Below are positions 32,743-46,825 of a stretch of DNA of 64,000 bases, one piece after another. Positions within the stretch are counted from its first letter, which is position 1. The number at the start of each line of letters is the position of its first letter. The DNA is from Candidatus Thiodiazotropha sp. (lineage in GTDB: Bacteria > Pseudomonadota > Gammaproteobacteria > Chromatiales > Chromatiaceae). The stretch spans positions 10,297 to 74,296 of the forward strand of contig JBEVVH010000002.1 of NCBI GenBank assembly GCA_040507245.1, read 5' to 3'. The notes below the pieces were generated by a model. That model was not told where the DNA came from, did not search any database, and was given only the letters and a program-made list of their open reading frames with translations. The position numbers and the translations under genes are program-made.

Positions 32743-33927
32743 ATGACTAAAAACTACATATTTACCTCCGAATCCGTATCAGAAGGTCATCCCGACAAAG
32801 TCGCGGATCAGATCTCAGACGCCATGCTGGACGCGATCCTGCAAAAAGACCCCCATCCGGAGAAGGCCCGCGTGGCCTGTGAAACCCTGATCAAGACCGG
32901 TGCGGTCATCGTTGCCGGAGAGATCACGACAGAGGCCTGGGTTGATCTCGATGAACTGGTGCGCGGCGTGGTCAGTGACATCGGATACACCAGTTCCCGG
33001 GTCGGATTCGACGGTTCCACCTGTGCCGTCATGTCCCTGATCGGCAAGCAGTCGGCGAACATCGCCCAGGGCGTTGACCGTTCAGCACCGGAGGAACAGG
33101 GTGCCGGTGATCAGGGCATGATGTTCGGTTACGCCACCAATGAAACCGATGTGCTGATGCCGGCGCCCATCACCTATGCCCAGAGGCTGGTTCAGCGTCA
33201 GTCGGAAATTCGCAAGTCCGGGATCCTTCCCTGGCTGCGCCCGGACGCCAAAAGCCAGGTCACCCTGCACTATGAAGATGGTCAGGTGGTAGGTATCGGG
33301 GCCGTCGTGCTGTCGACTCAGCATGACCCGGAAATCGGTTACGACGAACTGCGTGAAGCCGTGATGGAAAACATCATACAACCCGTCCTGCCGAAGCAGT
33401 GGCTGGACCAATGTCCCGCTGACAAGATCCACATCAACCCCACCGGCAGTTTCGTCATTGGCGGACCCGTGGGTGACTGCGGGCTGACCGGACGCAAGAT
33501 CATCGTTGACACCTACGGCGGGGCGGCACGTCATGGCGGAGGAGCTTTCTCCGGCAAGGACCCCTCGAAGGTGGACCGCTCCGCAGCCTACGCAGGCCGT
33601 TACGTGGCAAAAAACGTGGTCGCCGCGGGCCTGGCCGATCGCTGCGAGATCCAGGTCTCCTACGCGATCGGCGTTGCCGAACCCACCTCGATCATGGTGG
33701 AGACCTTCGGTACCGGAAAGATTCCCGATGAGGCGATCTCGAAACTGGTCCGCGAGCATTTCGACCTGCGTCCCTATGGCATCATCAAGATGCTCGACCT
33801 CTACAATACCGACCGGATCAAGTATCGCAACACCGCTGCCTATGGCCACTTCGGTCGTGAGGACGAAGGCTTCACCTGGGAGTTGACCGATAAGGCCGAG
33901 GCATTGCGGGAAGACGCCAAGATTTAA
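32743..33927 (+). CDS. metK: S-adenosylmethionine synthetase
   Basis: [33 protein letters not shown] and [16 protein letters not shown] motifs. Confidence 0.98.
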   Translation: MTKNYIFTSESVSEGHPDKVADQISDAMLDAILQKDPHPEKARVACETLIKTGAVIVAGEITTEAWVDLDELVRGVVSDIGYTSSRVGFDGSTCAVMSLIGKQSANIAQGVDRSAPEEQGAGDQGMMFGYATNETDVLMPAPITYAQRLVQRQSEIRKSGILPWLRPDAKSQVTLHYEDGQVVGIGAVVLSTQHDPEIGYDELREAVMENIIQPVLPKQWLDQCPADKIHINPTGSFVIGGPVGDCGLTGRKIIVDTYGGAARHGGGAFSGKDPSKVDRSAAYAGRYVAKNVVAAGLADRCEIQVSYAIGVAEPTSIMVETFGTGKIPDEAISKLVREHFDLRPYGIIKMLDLYNTDRIKYRNTAAYGHFGREDEGFTWELTDKAEALREDAKI

Positions 33928-34044
33928 TTTTGAATGTTGAATCATGAATTTTGAATCGGGGTTGCCCGCTCCGCGGGCGCTTCAGTTCGAATAAATCGTG
34001 CGCAAAGCGCACTCGACAATTCAAAATTCATAATTAAAAATTAC
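33924..34044. repeat. Heptamer-armed intergenic element, copy 2
   Basis: ttaattt-tgaatgt-tgaatca-tgaattt-tgaatcg ... caattca-aaattca-taattaa-aaattac, enclosing two GC hairpins (33964-33978, 33998-34012). Confidence 0.8.
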
Positions 34045-34054
34045 TCTAAAAAAG

Positions 34055-34127
34055 TTTGCCGAGGAGCGCTGCAACGGAAACCATCCGCCAGGCTCGGCAG
34101 ACCCACCGATCGACCAAACGGCGCTCA
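34055..34127 (+). promoter_or_regulatory. SAH riboswitch
   Basis: TTTGCCGAG/CTCGGCAGA P1 stem, GAGGAGCGCTGCAAC..GCCAGGCTC core, pseudoknot partner AACGGCGCTCA; directly upstream of ahcY. Confidence 0.92.
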
Positions 34128-34153
34128 CTCACGATATTCAGGAGCTGACTACC

Positions 34154-35560
<1,407 letters not shown>

Positions 35561-35632
35561 GTCAGACGTCCCCGGCCTGCTCTGCCCGGCCGGGGCGGTT
35601 TACCCACCATCTGCCCCCAGCGATTTCCCCTC

Positions 35633-36496
35633 ATGAACACATCGGACACAACAGAGCAGCTTTTCAGCTTCGAACTGTTTCCACCCAAGACCGCCCAGGG
35701 TTTCGACAAACTCAAAGCGAATGTGGAAAAACTCAATACCCTCAAACCCGCCTTCTTCTCCGTCACCTACGGGGCGGGCGGCTCGACTCAGCAACGCACC
35801 TTTGAGACGGTGGACTGGTTGTCGGATCAGCGGATCGATACCGCCCCGCATCTCTCCTGTATCGGAGCCGATCGGGAAGAGATCCTGCAGATCCTGGAGC
35901 GCTACCGGGACATGGGACTGCATCGGCTGGTGGCTCTGCGCGGTGATCTGCCGTCAGGCATCGGCTTGGGGGACCTGGGTGAACTCAACCACGCCAACCA
36001 GTTGGTGAGCCTGATCCGGGAGCACTTTGGCGAGCATTTTCATATCGAGGTGGCGGCCTACCCGGAGTTTCATCCCCAATCGAGCAGTCCGAAACAGGAC
36101 CTCAAACATTTCAAGAACAAGGTCGAAGCCGGCGCCAATAGCGCCATCACCCAGTACTTCTACAATGCGGACGCCTATTTCCGCTTTCTTGACGATTGCC
36201 AGCGCCTGCAGATCGACATCCCCATCGTACCGGGTGTCATGCCGATTACCAATTCACTCCAGCTGGGACGTTTCTCCGATGCCTGTGGCGCGGAAATTCC
36301 CAGTTGGATTCGTAAGCGGCTGGAAGGCTATGGTGAAGACCTGGAGTCGATCCGCAGTTTCGGCACCGAGGTCGTCACCGCGTTGTGCGAGCGACTCTTG
36401 TCAGGCGGCGCACCCGGACTGCATTTCTACACCATGAATCAGGCGGAACCCACGACCAGGATCTGGCAGGCGCTGAATGCGAATTTTAAGTTTTGA
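35633..36496 (+). CDS. metF: 5,10-methylenetetrahydrofolate reductase
   Basis: SFELFPPK, SVTYGAGGS, ALRGD, VAAYPEFHP and GLHFYTMN motifs. Confidence 0.97.
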   Translation: MNTSDTTEQLFSFELFPPKTAQGFDKLKANVEKLNTLKPAFFSVTYGAGGSTQQRTFETVDWLSDQRIDTAPHLSCIGADREEILQILERYRDMGLHRLVALRGDLPSGIGLGDLGELNHANQLVSLIREHFGEHFHIEVAAYPEFHPQSSSPKQDLKHFKNKVEAGANSAITQYFYNADAYFRFLDDCQRLQIDIPIVPGVMPITNSLQLGRFSDACGAEIPSWIRKRLEGYGEDLESIRSFGTEVVTALCERLLSGGAPGLHFYTMNQAEPTTRIWQALNANFKF

Positions 36497-36724
36497 GTTA
36501 TGAATTTTTAGTTGATGAGTTCGCTGCGCTCACGGTTATCGCGTTCCCACGCTCTGCGTGGGAATGCAGACCCGGGCTTGCGCATGCCTAACAGGTTTGG
36601 GCGATACGTCGTAATATCCATAGGCATTCCCACGCAGAGCGTGGGAACGAGATACAAAATAACCGTGAGCGCAGCGAACACATCAACTTAAAACTCAAAA
36701 CTTACAACTCAAAACTAACAAAAT
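36480..36724. repeat. Heptamer-armed element, copy 3: about 245-bp nested palindrome between convergent metF and kinase genes
   Basis: Heptamer arms, a perfect 21-bp inverted repeat (36519-36539 / 36659-36679), and an inner REP doublet. Confidence 0.85.
36542..36649. repeat. REP doublet (REPIN/BIME-like)
   Basis: Perfect 26-bp inverted pair CGTTCCCACGCTCTGCGTGGGAATGC (36542-36567) / GCATTCCCACGCAGAGCGTGGGAACG (36624-36649); each copy is itself a hairpin. Confidence 0.85.
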
Positions 36725-38847
36725 CACCCTGGTACAGGGCTCAATTGGTCTGGCCCAAAACGTCCCCCGACACAGCGTTCGATGATCGAATCGAGCAGTT
36801 CCGGTTCCACCGGTTTGGCCAGGAAACCATCCATCCCCGCGCGGATGCACAGATCCATCATCTCTTCCTTACTGTTCGCGGTCAGCGCATAGATCGGCAT
36901 GTAGCGTGCCTTTTCCTCCAGTTGTCGGTAGCGACGGGTGAACTCGATACCATCCACGTGGGGCATGCACAGATCGACAAAGGCCAATTCGTAGTCTGTT
37001 TCACTGACTGCCTGCAAGGCCTCGCGGCCATCCCGGGCGACCTTGACCTGATGACCCCGTTGCTTGAGAAGGGTCGACAGCACCTTGGCGGCAATCACGT
37101 TATCCTCGGCCAGCAGGACGTTCATCGGGCGCAGGGATTTGAACATTTCCTGTGCAATCTGCGGTTTTCCCGGATCGAGCTGCTGATCCTGGTGCGAGAC
37201 CAACAGGTCGGTGATCGCTTTGGCGAGTTCGTCCGGTAGAAAAGGTTTGATCAGAACCGGAGTATTGAACGAGGCGTAATCGAGGGTCTGGGAACGGTAA
37301 CCCGCCAATACCAGAGGGATCCCGGGTTTGAATGCACGCACGTTTCGGATCACCTGTCGCACCGCTCCGTCCGACAGAGAGTCGCAGACCAGCACCAGAT
37401 CCGTCTCCGCCGGCAGTCGTTCGCCAAACTGTTCCAGATCCCGCGCACTTGCCCCGTGCATACCCAGCTCATCGACCATTTGCAGATGCTGCTGCAAAGC
37501 GATGGGGTCGCTCTCATAAATCAACACCCGCTTGTCACGAATCTGAGGAAAATGCTGCTTCAGGGATTGGGCGCCACTTTGACCGTCCCAATCACCCAAT
37601 TTTGGCAACAGGGGCAGGCGCACACTGAACACGCTGCCCTGCCCCAATTCGCTGCTTACATCCACCCGGCCTTTCATCAGGCGGGTCAGATCCCGGATCA
37701 CTGAAGTACCCAAACCGGTACCTTCGAAACGCCTGCGGGAATGTCCATCCTCTGCCTGCCAGAAGTTGTCGAAAATATCCGACAATTTATCGGTCTCGAT
37801 ACCGATGCCACTGTCTTCAACCTCGAACAGGATAAATCGCTCCGACGCCTGGGGCGCTTCTTCGTCGTACTGGATACGCAGGCACACATAACCCTTTTCG
37901 GTGAGTTTGATCGCATTGCCCAGCATGTTGAAGAGAATCTGGGAAATTCTCAGCTTGTCGCCGCGCAGCTTCAATGGCACCTCTGGATCGATGTAACAGT
38001 ACATCTCCAGATGTTTCTCCTGAACTTCCGGGGCCAGGGTTGAGGTGATGTTCTTGACCATCTCGTACACATCGAACCATTCCGAGGTCAATTCCAGTTT
38101 GTTGGCATCGATTTTCGACAGGTCCAGCACATCGCTGATCATCGAACGCAGCAGCCTGGCTGAGGCATTTATCGCGTGTACATACTCTTTCTGCTCGGCA
38201 TCCAGAGGGGTGTTCTGCAACAACCTGGCCATACCCATGACACCGATCAACGGGGTCCTCAATTCGTGTGTCATGGTCGCGAGAAAGTCCCCACGGGCCT
38301 GTTTCGCCAGCATCGCCTCCCGCTTCGCGTAATGCAGTTGGCGCAACAGGGTGTACTGGTACACCGGTACGATGATCAGCAGAAACAGGAACAGAAACGA
38401 CTCGAAAAACTGGCTCTGCCACTGTTGCAGGCTATAGATGACCAGAGCGTAGGAGCAGAAACTCAGTGACATGGATAGCAGCAGTGTTCTCGCTCCGTAC
38501 CTGATCCCGTAGGAAATATAGATCCAGTGATAGATCAGGTAGAAGGGGCTGAAGGCATCGGATGTCAGGTAGATCGCCAGGCTGGTGGCGCTGATATCGA
38601 TGATCAGTGTGAGATAGATGCGGTGCGGCAGGCTGGGCCAGATCGCCACGTTGACCAGCAAGACGATGAAAAAGGTGAAATACCAGGCATAGAGGGTAAC
38701 CAGAAGGGGGAAATCAACGGCGTAATATTCTGTCTGGATGGCAAACCACATGGACAGGCAGCAGAACAGCCAAACCGCCAAACGTAACAAGGCCTGTTGA
38801 TACTCCGAGTTGGAGAGCAACTCCTTGTCGAAGATTTTCCTAACCAT
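36724..38847 (-). CDS. Hybrid sensor histidine kinase (multi-TM, HisKA, HATPase, degenerate REC, REC), RpfC-like input domain
   Basis: H-box FLATMTHELRTP, N-box NMLGNAIK, G boxes DSGIG and GTGLG; C-terminal REC with LAEDN, FVDLCMP and AKP. Confidence 0.93.
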   Translation of the reverse strand: MVRKIFDKELLSNSEYQQALLRLAVWLFCCLSMWFAIQTEYYAVDFPLLVTLYAWYFTFFIVLLVNVAIWPSLPHRIYLTLIIDISATSLAIYLTSDAFSPFYLIYHWIYISYGIRYGARTLLLSMSLSFCSYALVIYSLQQWQSQFFESFLFLFLLIIVPVYQYTLLRQLHYAKREAMLAKQARGDFLATMTHELRTPLIGVMGMARLLQNTPLDAEQKEYVHAINASARLLRSMISDVLDLSKIDANKLELTSEWFDVYEMVKNITSTLAPEVQEKHLEMYCYIDPEVPLKLRGDKLRISQILFNMLGNAIKLTEKGYVCLRIQYDEEAPQASERFILFEVEDSGIGIETDKLSDIFDNFWQAEDGHSRRRFEGTGLGTSVIRDLTRLMKGRVDVSSELGQGSVFSVRLPLLPKLGDWDGQSGAQSLKQHFPQIRDKRVLIYESDPIALQQHLQMVDELGMHGASARDLEQFGERLPAETDLVLVCDSLSDGAVRQVIRNVRAFKPGIPLVLAGYRSQTLDYASFNTPVLIKPFLPDELAKAITDLLVSHQDQQLDPGKPQIAQEMFKSLRPMNVLLAEDNVIAAKVLSTLLKQRGHQVKVARDGREALQAVSETDYELAFVDLCMPHVDGIEFTRRYRQLEEKARYMPIYALTANSKEEMMDLCIRAGMDGFLAKPVEPELLDSIIERCVGGRFGPDQLSPVPG

Positions 38848-39424
38848 AGCATGTCATCCTGAAATGTAAGACAGAGCAACTCCTTGCCGGGTCACGGGTT
38901 ACCGCTATGGCGGTGGACGAAAAACCCTAGGTTACTGCCATCAACCCCCAGGTGCGTCATCTGTCCCTGAACCCGTCACGTGTGACATTACTGTTTGGCA
39001 CTCATGTGAGGAATACCGCGTACCTTTCAACTGCTCCGATGAGGTCCTGATCTGGGGTATCCAGGCTGTGGACAGTCGGTAGAGCCCTAGTGGACCTTTA
39101 TGCGGACATCAAATCGTCTAAATGTATGACATTTGTCGCCATTGTGAAACACCAATTCGCAATCATACTGGCATCTGGATCACACGAGGCTGCTTGAACG
39201 GGCCCGCGCCAGCGATGTTCATGACAAATTCCAGAGCCAATAATGGGACGATAACCCCCGGTTTCCGAAGCGAATTCCCAGCCAGTCGGATCACCGTGAA
39301 AAGCTGTTCAAAAAAGCCTAGGGTTTTCAATCCCAAGGTATTTGTGGGTCCGGATCCGAACCACTATCATTACATGCAAATGGGAATGAGCCTTGCCATT
39401 CCATCCTACTGAAGGGTATCCGAG

Positions 39425-39817
39425 ATGTATATCAAAAGACCGGGCGAACACAGCCTGCAGCACAGCATCAAGCCGGAAGACCGGCGCACCATCAAACGCC
39501 GCCACCTGATCTATTACCTGCGGATATGGCAAGTGGAGAACAACCTGCCCCTGGGACAGGTGGTGGACATCAATTCACGGGGGATGATGCTGATTGGCGA
39601 AAAGGCGATTCCCACAGGCCAGGAGTTGAACCTCAAGATCCACCTTCCGGACAGTGAAGGTGAGGGTAAATACCTCAGCTTCAAGGCGATCTGCCGCTGG
39701 AGCGACCGGGATATCAACACCGCCTTCTACGACTCCGGCTTCGAATTCGTCGAAACCTCCGAGGAAAAGATCGAAACCATCCAGCACGTCATCGACAACT
39801 ACGGTTTCAACGATTGA
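39425..39817 (+). CDS. PilZ domain protein
   Basis: RTIKR (RxxxR) and DINSRG (variant of DxSxxG). Confidence 0.85.
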   Translation: MYIKRPGEHSLQHSIKPEDRRTIKRRHLIYYLRIWQVENNLPLGQVVDINSRGMMLIGEKAIPTGQELNLKIHLPDSEGEGKYLSFKAICRWSDRDINTAFYDSGFEFVETSEEKIETIQHVIDNYGFND

Positions 39818-39864
39818 GCGGACATACCCCGATTGCCGACCGGTAACGGTCGACGAAAAGCCGG

Positions 39865-40812
39865 TTACGCGTTCTCAGGGCTCCAGAAGGCCCTGATGCC
39901 GGCAATACCCTGAGCCCCGGCTTCACAGGCCCGGGCCAGATCTTCCCCATTCACCCCGCCCAGGGCAAATACCGGCAGATTCACCTGATCCACCCACTCG
40001 GCAAACCGGGACCAACCCAGGACCCGTGCCCCGGGATGGCTCAAGGTCGGCTGAACGGGTGACAACAGGGCATAGTCCAGACCCAGGGCATCGGCATGTC
40101 CCAGTTCCTCGGGGGTATGACAGGAGGCGCCAACCCAACCCGAACCCGGGGGGCGTTGACTCTGGGCCATCAGCTGAAGAGAACCCAGGTGTATTCCGTC
40201 CCCCTGCCCCTGCCAACGAACCACGTCCCGCAGACGATTCACGAGCAGGATTGCCCCATGCGCACGACACAGGGTTTGGCACGCCGACAGACGTTGCGCA
40301 TAATTCCTGTCCGACAGGCCGTGGGCGCGCAATTGTACGAGTCGCACACCCCGATTCAGCAGATGATCGAGGTGCTGGAGAAATTGCTCCGAATCCGAGG
40401 GGTGTTCTCCGGTAATCAGGTAGTTTTGCGGCAGCTGAAGTGCGCTAATGACCGGTCGGTCGGCCGCTGGAAAATCCTCCGCACGCATCGTCTCGGGCAA
40501 CACCCAGCGCAGCGGTTGAACCTCAACGCCTCGTACCTCCCCCTGATATTCATGCACGCGGAAGAAATCGATCAGTACCTGGCGGTCTCCATAATCGTGC
40601 CGCACCCGGATCAACGGTCGGCAGTCCTGAATGCGGATCGCCAGCTCCTCGGAAAGCTCCCTGGCCAATGCCTGCTGAGGGGTTTCACCGGGCTCGAGCT
40701 TCCCGCCGGGAAACTCCCAATACCCACCCTGGTGGGTGTTGGCCGCACGCTGACTGACCAGCACACGGCCTTCAGCATCGAAGATGGCGGCAGCGGACAC
40801 GTGGATCAGCAT
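39865..40812 (-). CDS. mutT: Nudix hydrolase MutT fused to a thiamine-phosphate-synthase-like domain
   Basis: WEFPGGKLEPGET..ALARELSEE Nudix box; C-terminal VQLR, GASCH, LSPV and FALGG motifs. Confidence 0.9.
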   Translation of the reverse strand: MLIHVSAAAIFDAEGRVLVSQRAANTHQGGYWEFPGGKLEPGETPQQALARELSEELAIRIQDCRPLIRVRHDYGDRQVLIDFFRVHEYQGEVRGVEVQPLRWVLPETMRAEDFPAADRPVISALQLPQNYLITGEHPSDSEQFLQHLDHLLNRGVRLVQLRAHGLSDRNYAQRLSACQTLCRAHGAILLVNRLRDVVRWQGQGDGIHLGSLQLMAQSQRPPGSGWVGASCHTPEELGHADALGLDYALLSPVQPTLSHPGARVLGWSRFAEWVDQVNLPVFALGGVNGEDLARACEAGAQGIAGIRAFWSPENA

Positions 40813-40874
40813 GCTGTCCAGCGCATGTTTTCAGCCCGTATATCGCAGGATTCGCTCAAGCCGGCCGGTTCAGA

Positions 40875-42077
40875 TCAGGTACGGTATTCCGCGTTGATCT
40901 TGACGTAATCGTAGGAGAAATCGCAGGTCAGAACCCGGGTTTGAGCCTCGCCCCGTCCAAGTCCCACACGGATGGTGAATTCGTTCTGTTGCATTACGGA
41001 CTGCCCGGCCTCTTCGGTGTAACCGGCAGCCCTCCCCCCCTGCTCGACGATGCATACATCATCCAGCCAGATCGCCACATGCTCGATATCCAGATCCTTG
41101 ACACCGGCACGACCGACCGCCGCAAGAATACGCCCCCAGTTCGGATCGGAGGCGAACAGCGCCGTCTTCACCAGGGGTGAATGGGCGATGGTATAGACCA
41201 CGTCCCGGGCCTCCTGCTCGTTCGCCGCGCCTTCAACCACTACCTCAACCAGTTTGGTCGCTCCCTCCCCATCGGACACGATCTCACGGGCCAGAGCCAT
41301 GCAGACCTCCTGAACGGCCTGGACGAAGGGGGCATACGCCGGTGCGCTGGGATCGTTCAGGGGAGCGAGGGGGGAAACCCCACTGGCAATCAGCACACAG
41401 GCGTCATTGGTGGAGGTGTCCCCATCCACCGTGATGCTGTTGAATGAGGGCTTGACCGCCTGTTCGAGGATCGATTGCAAAAGACCTCGATCAACCGCCA
41501 GGTCGGTGGCCAGATAGGCCAACATGGTGGCCATGTCGGGCCGGATCATTCCGGAGCCCTTGGCCATGCCGGTCACCCGCACCTCGCCCCCTTCCACCTC
41601 GAATTGCCGGGTGAACAGTTTGGGCCGGGTGTCGGTGGTCATGATCGCCCTCGAGGCAGGTTCCCAGCCATCCTCGCTGAGATTCTGCAACGCCTTGGGC
41701 AGGGCAGCATTGATCTTTTCCCAGGGCAGGGGTTCGCCGATCACACCGGTGGAAAAAGGCAGTACCTGCGCTCCGCGGCATGCCGCGGTCTCGGCCAGTG
41801 CCTGGCAGGTCTTGAGAGCGTTCTCCAGCCCCTGCTGACCGCTGCCTGCATTGGCATTACCCGAATTGATCATGAGGAAACGCGGCCGACCCTGCTGCAG
41901 ATGCTGTCGCGCCAGCTGCACGGGCGCCGCGCAGAAGGCATTGCGGGTGAACACTGCGGCACACTGGCTGGTCTCAGCCATTTCGATCAGCAGCAGATCA
42001 TTGCGGTTGGCGTACTTGATGCCGGCTGCGGCAGTACCCAACCTAACCCCGGGTACTCGGTAGGCGGACCCAGTCAT
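40875..42077 (-). CDS. argJ: Bifunctional ornithine acetyltransferase/N-acetylglutamate synthase
   Basis: NSGNANA, AKGSGMIRPDMATML, VDGDTSTND and DGEGATK motifs. Confidence 0.97.
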   Translation of the reverse strand: MTGSAYRVPGVRLGTAAAGIKYANRNDLLLIEMAETSQCAAVFTRNAFCAAPVQLARQHLQQGRPRFLMINSGNANAGSGQQGLENALKTCQALAETAACRGAQVLPFSTGVIGEPLPWEKINAALPKALQNLSEDGWEPASRAIMTTDTRPKLFTRQFEVEGGEVRVTGMAKGSGMIRPDMATMLAYLATDLAVDRGLLQSILEQAVKPSFNSITVDGDTSTNDACVLIASGVSPLAPLNDPSAPAYAPFVQAVQEVCMALAREIVSDGEGATKLVEVVVEGAANEQEARDVVYTIAHSPLVKTALFASDPNWGRILAAVGRAGVKDLDIEHVAIWLDDVCIVEQGGRAAGYTEEAGQSVMQQNEFTIRVGLGRGEAQTRVLTCDFSYDYVKINAEYRT

Positions 42078-42078
42078 C

Positions 42079-44898
<2,820 letters not shown>

Positions 44899-45095
44899 GA
44901 ATCGGGGTTTCCGTCAAACAGCGAAACGTTTGCGATAATACAGCATGCGGGGACACTGCTAAAGGATGGTATCGCAGTTTATGGTGTCGCCAGCGCCTTC
45001 TTCGTATACATCGAAGGAAATGCCGGCTTGGGCGGGCTGGAGGTATCTTTTAGAGAGACCCGGCGGGCATCGGTTCCGTTGGATCAACGATTGGG

Positions 45096-46028
45096 TCAGC
45101 CTTGGTTGCGTTTGTTGAGGATATATTTGGTCGGATCGACAATCTTGCCGTTTCGCACCACCTCGAAGTGCACATGAGGTCCGGTGGATCGTCCGGTGGA
45201 ACCCATGCTGGCGATCACCTCGCCCTGCTTTACCCGGTCACCGATTTCGACCAGGACCTCCTTGTTGTGACCGTATCGGGTCACATATCCCTTGCCGTGA
45301 TTGATTTCGACCAGCTCACCGTAACCGCTGCGCTCACCTGCCCAGGTAACCACACCGGAGGCGACCGCAACCACCTCTGAGCCTTCCTTAGCCGCGAAAT
45401 CCATGCCTTTGTGCATGGTGCGTTTACCGGTAAAGGGGTCATTGCGCATGCCGAAGTAGGAGGAGATCCAACCTTTGGTGACCGGTCGCCCGGTGGGGTG
45501 CACCGCATCCTCGAGATTCGAGTTCATGATCAGGTCTTCCACCAGCGCCAGTTGCTGCTGACGATTCTCGATCATTGCATCCAACTGATCCATCTCATGC
45601 AGCAGATCCGGTAATGCGGAGGGTTCGTCGAGGGTCTGCACCGCCTCGGGACCACCCAGTGCGGGCGCGATATCAAAGCTGAACTCACCCTTGTCCAGCC
45701 CGCCTATGTCCACCAGACGTTCACCCAGGGCATCCAGGCGCAGCAGTTGTGACTGAAGTTGTCCCACCCGGATCGCCAGCGCATCGATACCACTCTGGGT
45801 GTCCTGCCTGACATCCTCGAGCATCATCCGCTCCTGCTGGAAGGTCCGTTTCAGACTGCTGACCAACTGGTGTTCCGGGAACTCGGTGTCACTGACACCC
45901 ATGCGGTAACCCACCCAGAGCATGGCCAGACCGAACAGAAGAGCAAGTCCGACGAACAGGGAGATTCCCAGCCTGGAAGCCGCATACCCGCGATCATGAC
46001 TATATCCACGTAAGTATATGAATATCAT
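45096..46028 (-). CDS. M23 family peptidase (DUF5930/LytM type)
   Basis: HKGMD, YGHN and GRSTGPHVHFEV motifs; TM plus coiled coil N-terminus; usual position upstream of secA. Confidence 0.92.
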   Translation of the reverse strand: MIFIYLRGYSHDRGYAASRLGISLFVGLALLFGLAMLWVGYRMGVSDTEFPEHQLVSSLKRTFQQERMMLEDVRQDTQSGIDALAIRVGQLQSQLLRLDALGERLVDIGGLDKGEFSFDIAPALGGPEAVQTLDEPSALPDLLHEMDQLDAMIENRQQQLALVEDLIMNSNLEDAVHPTGRPVTKGWISSYFGMRNDPFTGKRTMHKGMDFAAKEGSEVVAVASGVVTWAGERSGYGELVEINHGKGYVTRYGHNKEVLVEIGDRVKQGEVIASMGSTGRSTGPHVHFEVVRNGKIVDPTKYILNKRNQG

Positions 46029-46274
46029 ACTATTAATCTACCGCTCACCGGACCGTATATACACTTAATTCGTTCAAAAACCTCCGAACTTTACCATTTT
46101 CTAAAAAAATGTGATGTTTTTTTATTCTTAAATTCTGTAGTGTCTTCGGCGTCGATGCCGGATATTCGGTCAATTGGCATCAATCCCGGCAGAACGCACG
46201 CCGGCGATAAGCGCAATTTCAGAACTTGATCAGGTGTACCTGACCACCCGTTTACACCATTCCTGATAACTGCC

Positions 46275-46706
46275 ATGCACCGCCTCAACGATGAACTGAA
46301 CAAACGCAGCCATCTTCGCAAGCTGGGGCAGCGTCTGGCGCAATACGAAGCACTGCTGGAACACGTACGGGCGTCACTCACTGCTCCTGTGGATCAGCAG
46401 GTAAAGGCTGCCGTGATGCACAACGGATGTCTGACCCTGTTTGCGGAATCCCCCGCCTGGGCCAGCCGCCTGCGCTACATGGCGCCGCAACTGCAACGTA
46501 CCCTGGCAGCCAGAGCCATTCCGGTGACCCGGGTGGAAGTTCGAATCTCACCCGCGGCCCTGGCTGTCAGGCAAGCATCCGGACGACATGCAGAACCGAT
46601 GAGTGAACATAGCAGCGAATCCCTGCGTTTGACCGCGGAGACCCTTGCGGATGAGGGTTTGAAACAGGCCTTGCTGAGATTGAGCCGGCATGTGTCCCGG
46701 GATTAG
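46275..46706 (+). CDS. dciA: DciA (DUF721) family replicative helicase loader
   Basis: LTLFAESPAWASRLRY motif; conserved location between lpxC and M23/secA. Confidence 0.82.
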   Translation: MHRLNDELNKRSHLRKLGQRLAQYEALLEHVRASLTAPVDQQVKAAVMHNGCLTLFAESPAWASRLRYMAPQLQRTLAARAIPVTRVEVRISPAALAVRQASGRHAEPMSEHSSESLRLTAETLADEGLKQALLRLSRHVSRD

Positions 46707-46759
46707 GTGGCTTCGGCAAGACAACGACACGCCAGACGGGCGTTTCAATACGGGTTCAA

Positions 46760-46793
46760 ACCATCCTCCTCCCGGTTGCGGGTGGAGGATGGT
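46760..46793. terminator. Hairpin between convergent dciA and lpxC
   Basis: ACCATCCTCC-T-CCCG-gttg-CGGG-T-GGAGGATGGT. Confidence 0.65.
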
Positions 46794-46825
46794 CGAAATG
46801 GAAGTTTGTTGTGATACGGCCGGCT

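Noticed and set aside
38848-39424. Small ORFs 39122..39412 and 39308..39532, and TGGCA words as sigma-54 sites
   Set aside because: The ORFs have no RBS or motif support, and the -12 TTGC element is missing at the required spacing.
46030-46270. AT-rich tract between the M23 peptidase and dciA
   Set aside because: It has no 7-nt periodicity or inverted arms, and is consistent with an ordinary divergent promoter region.
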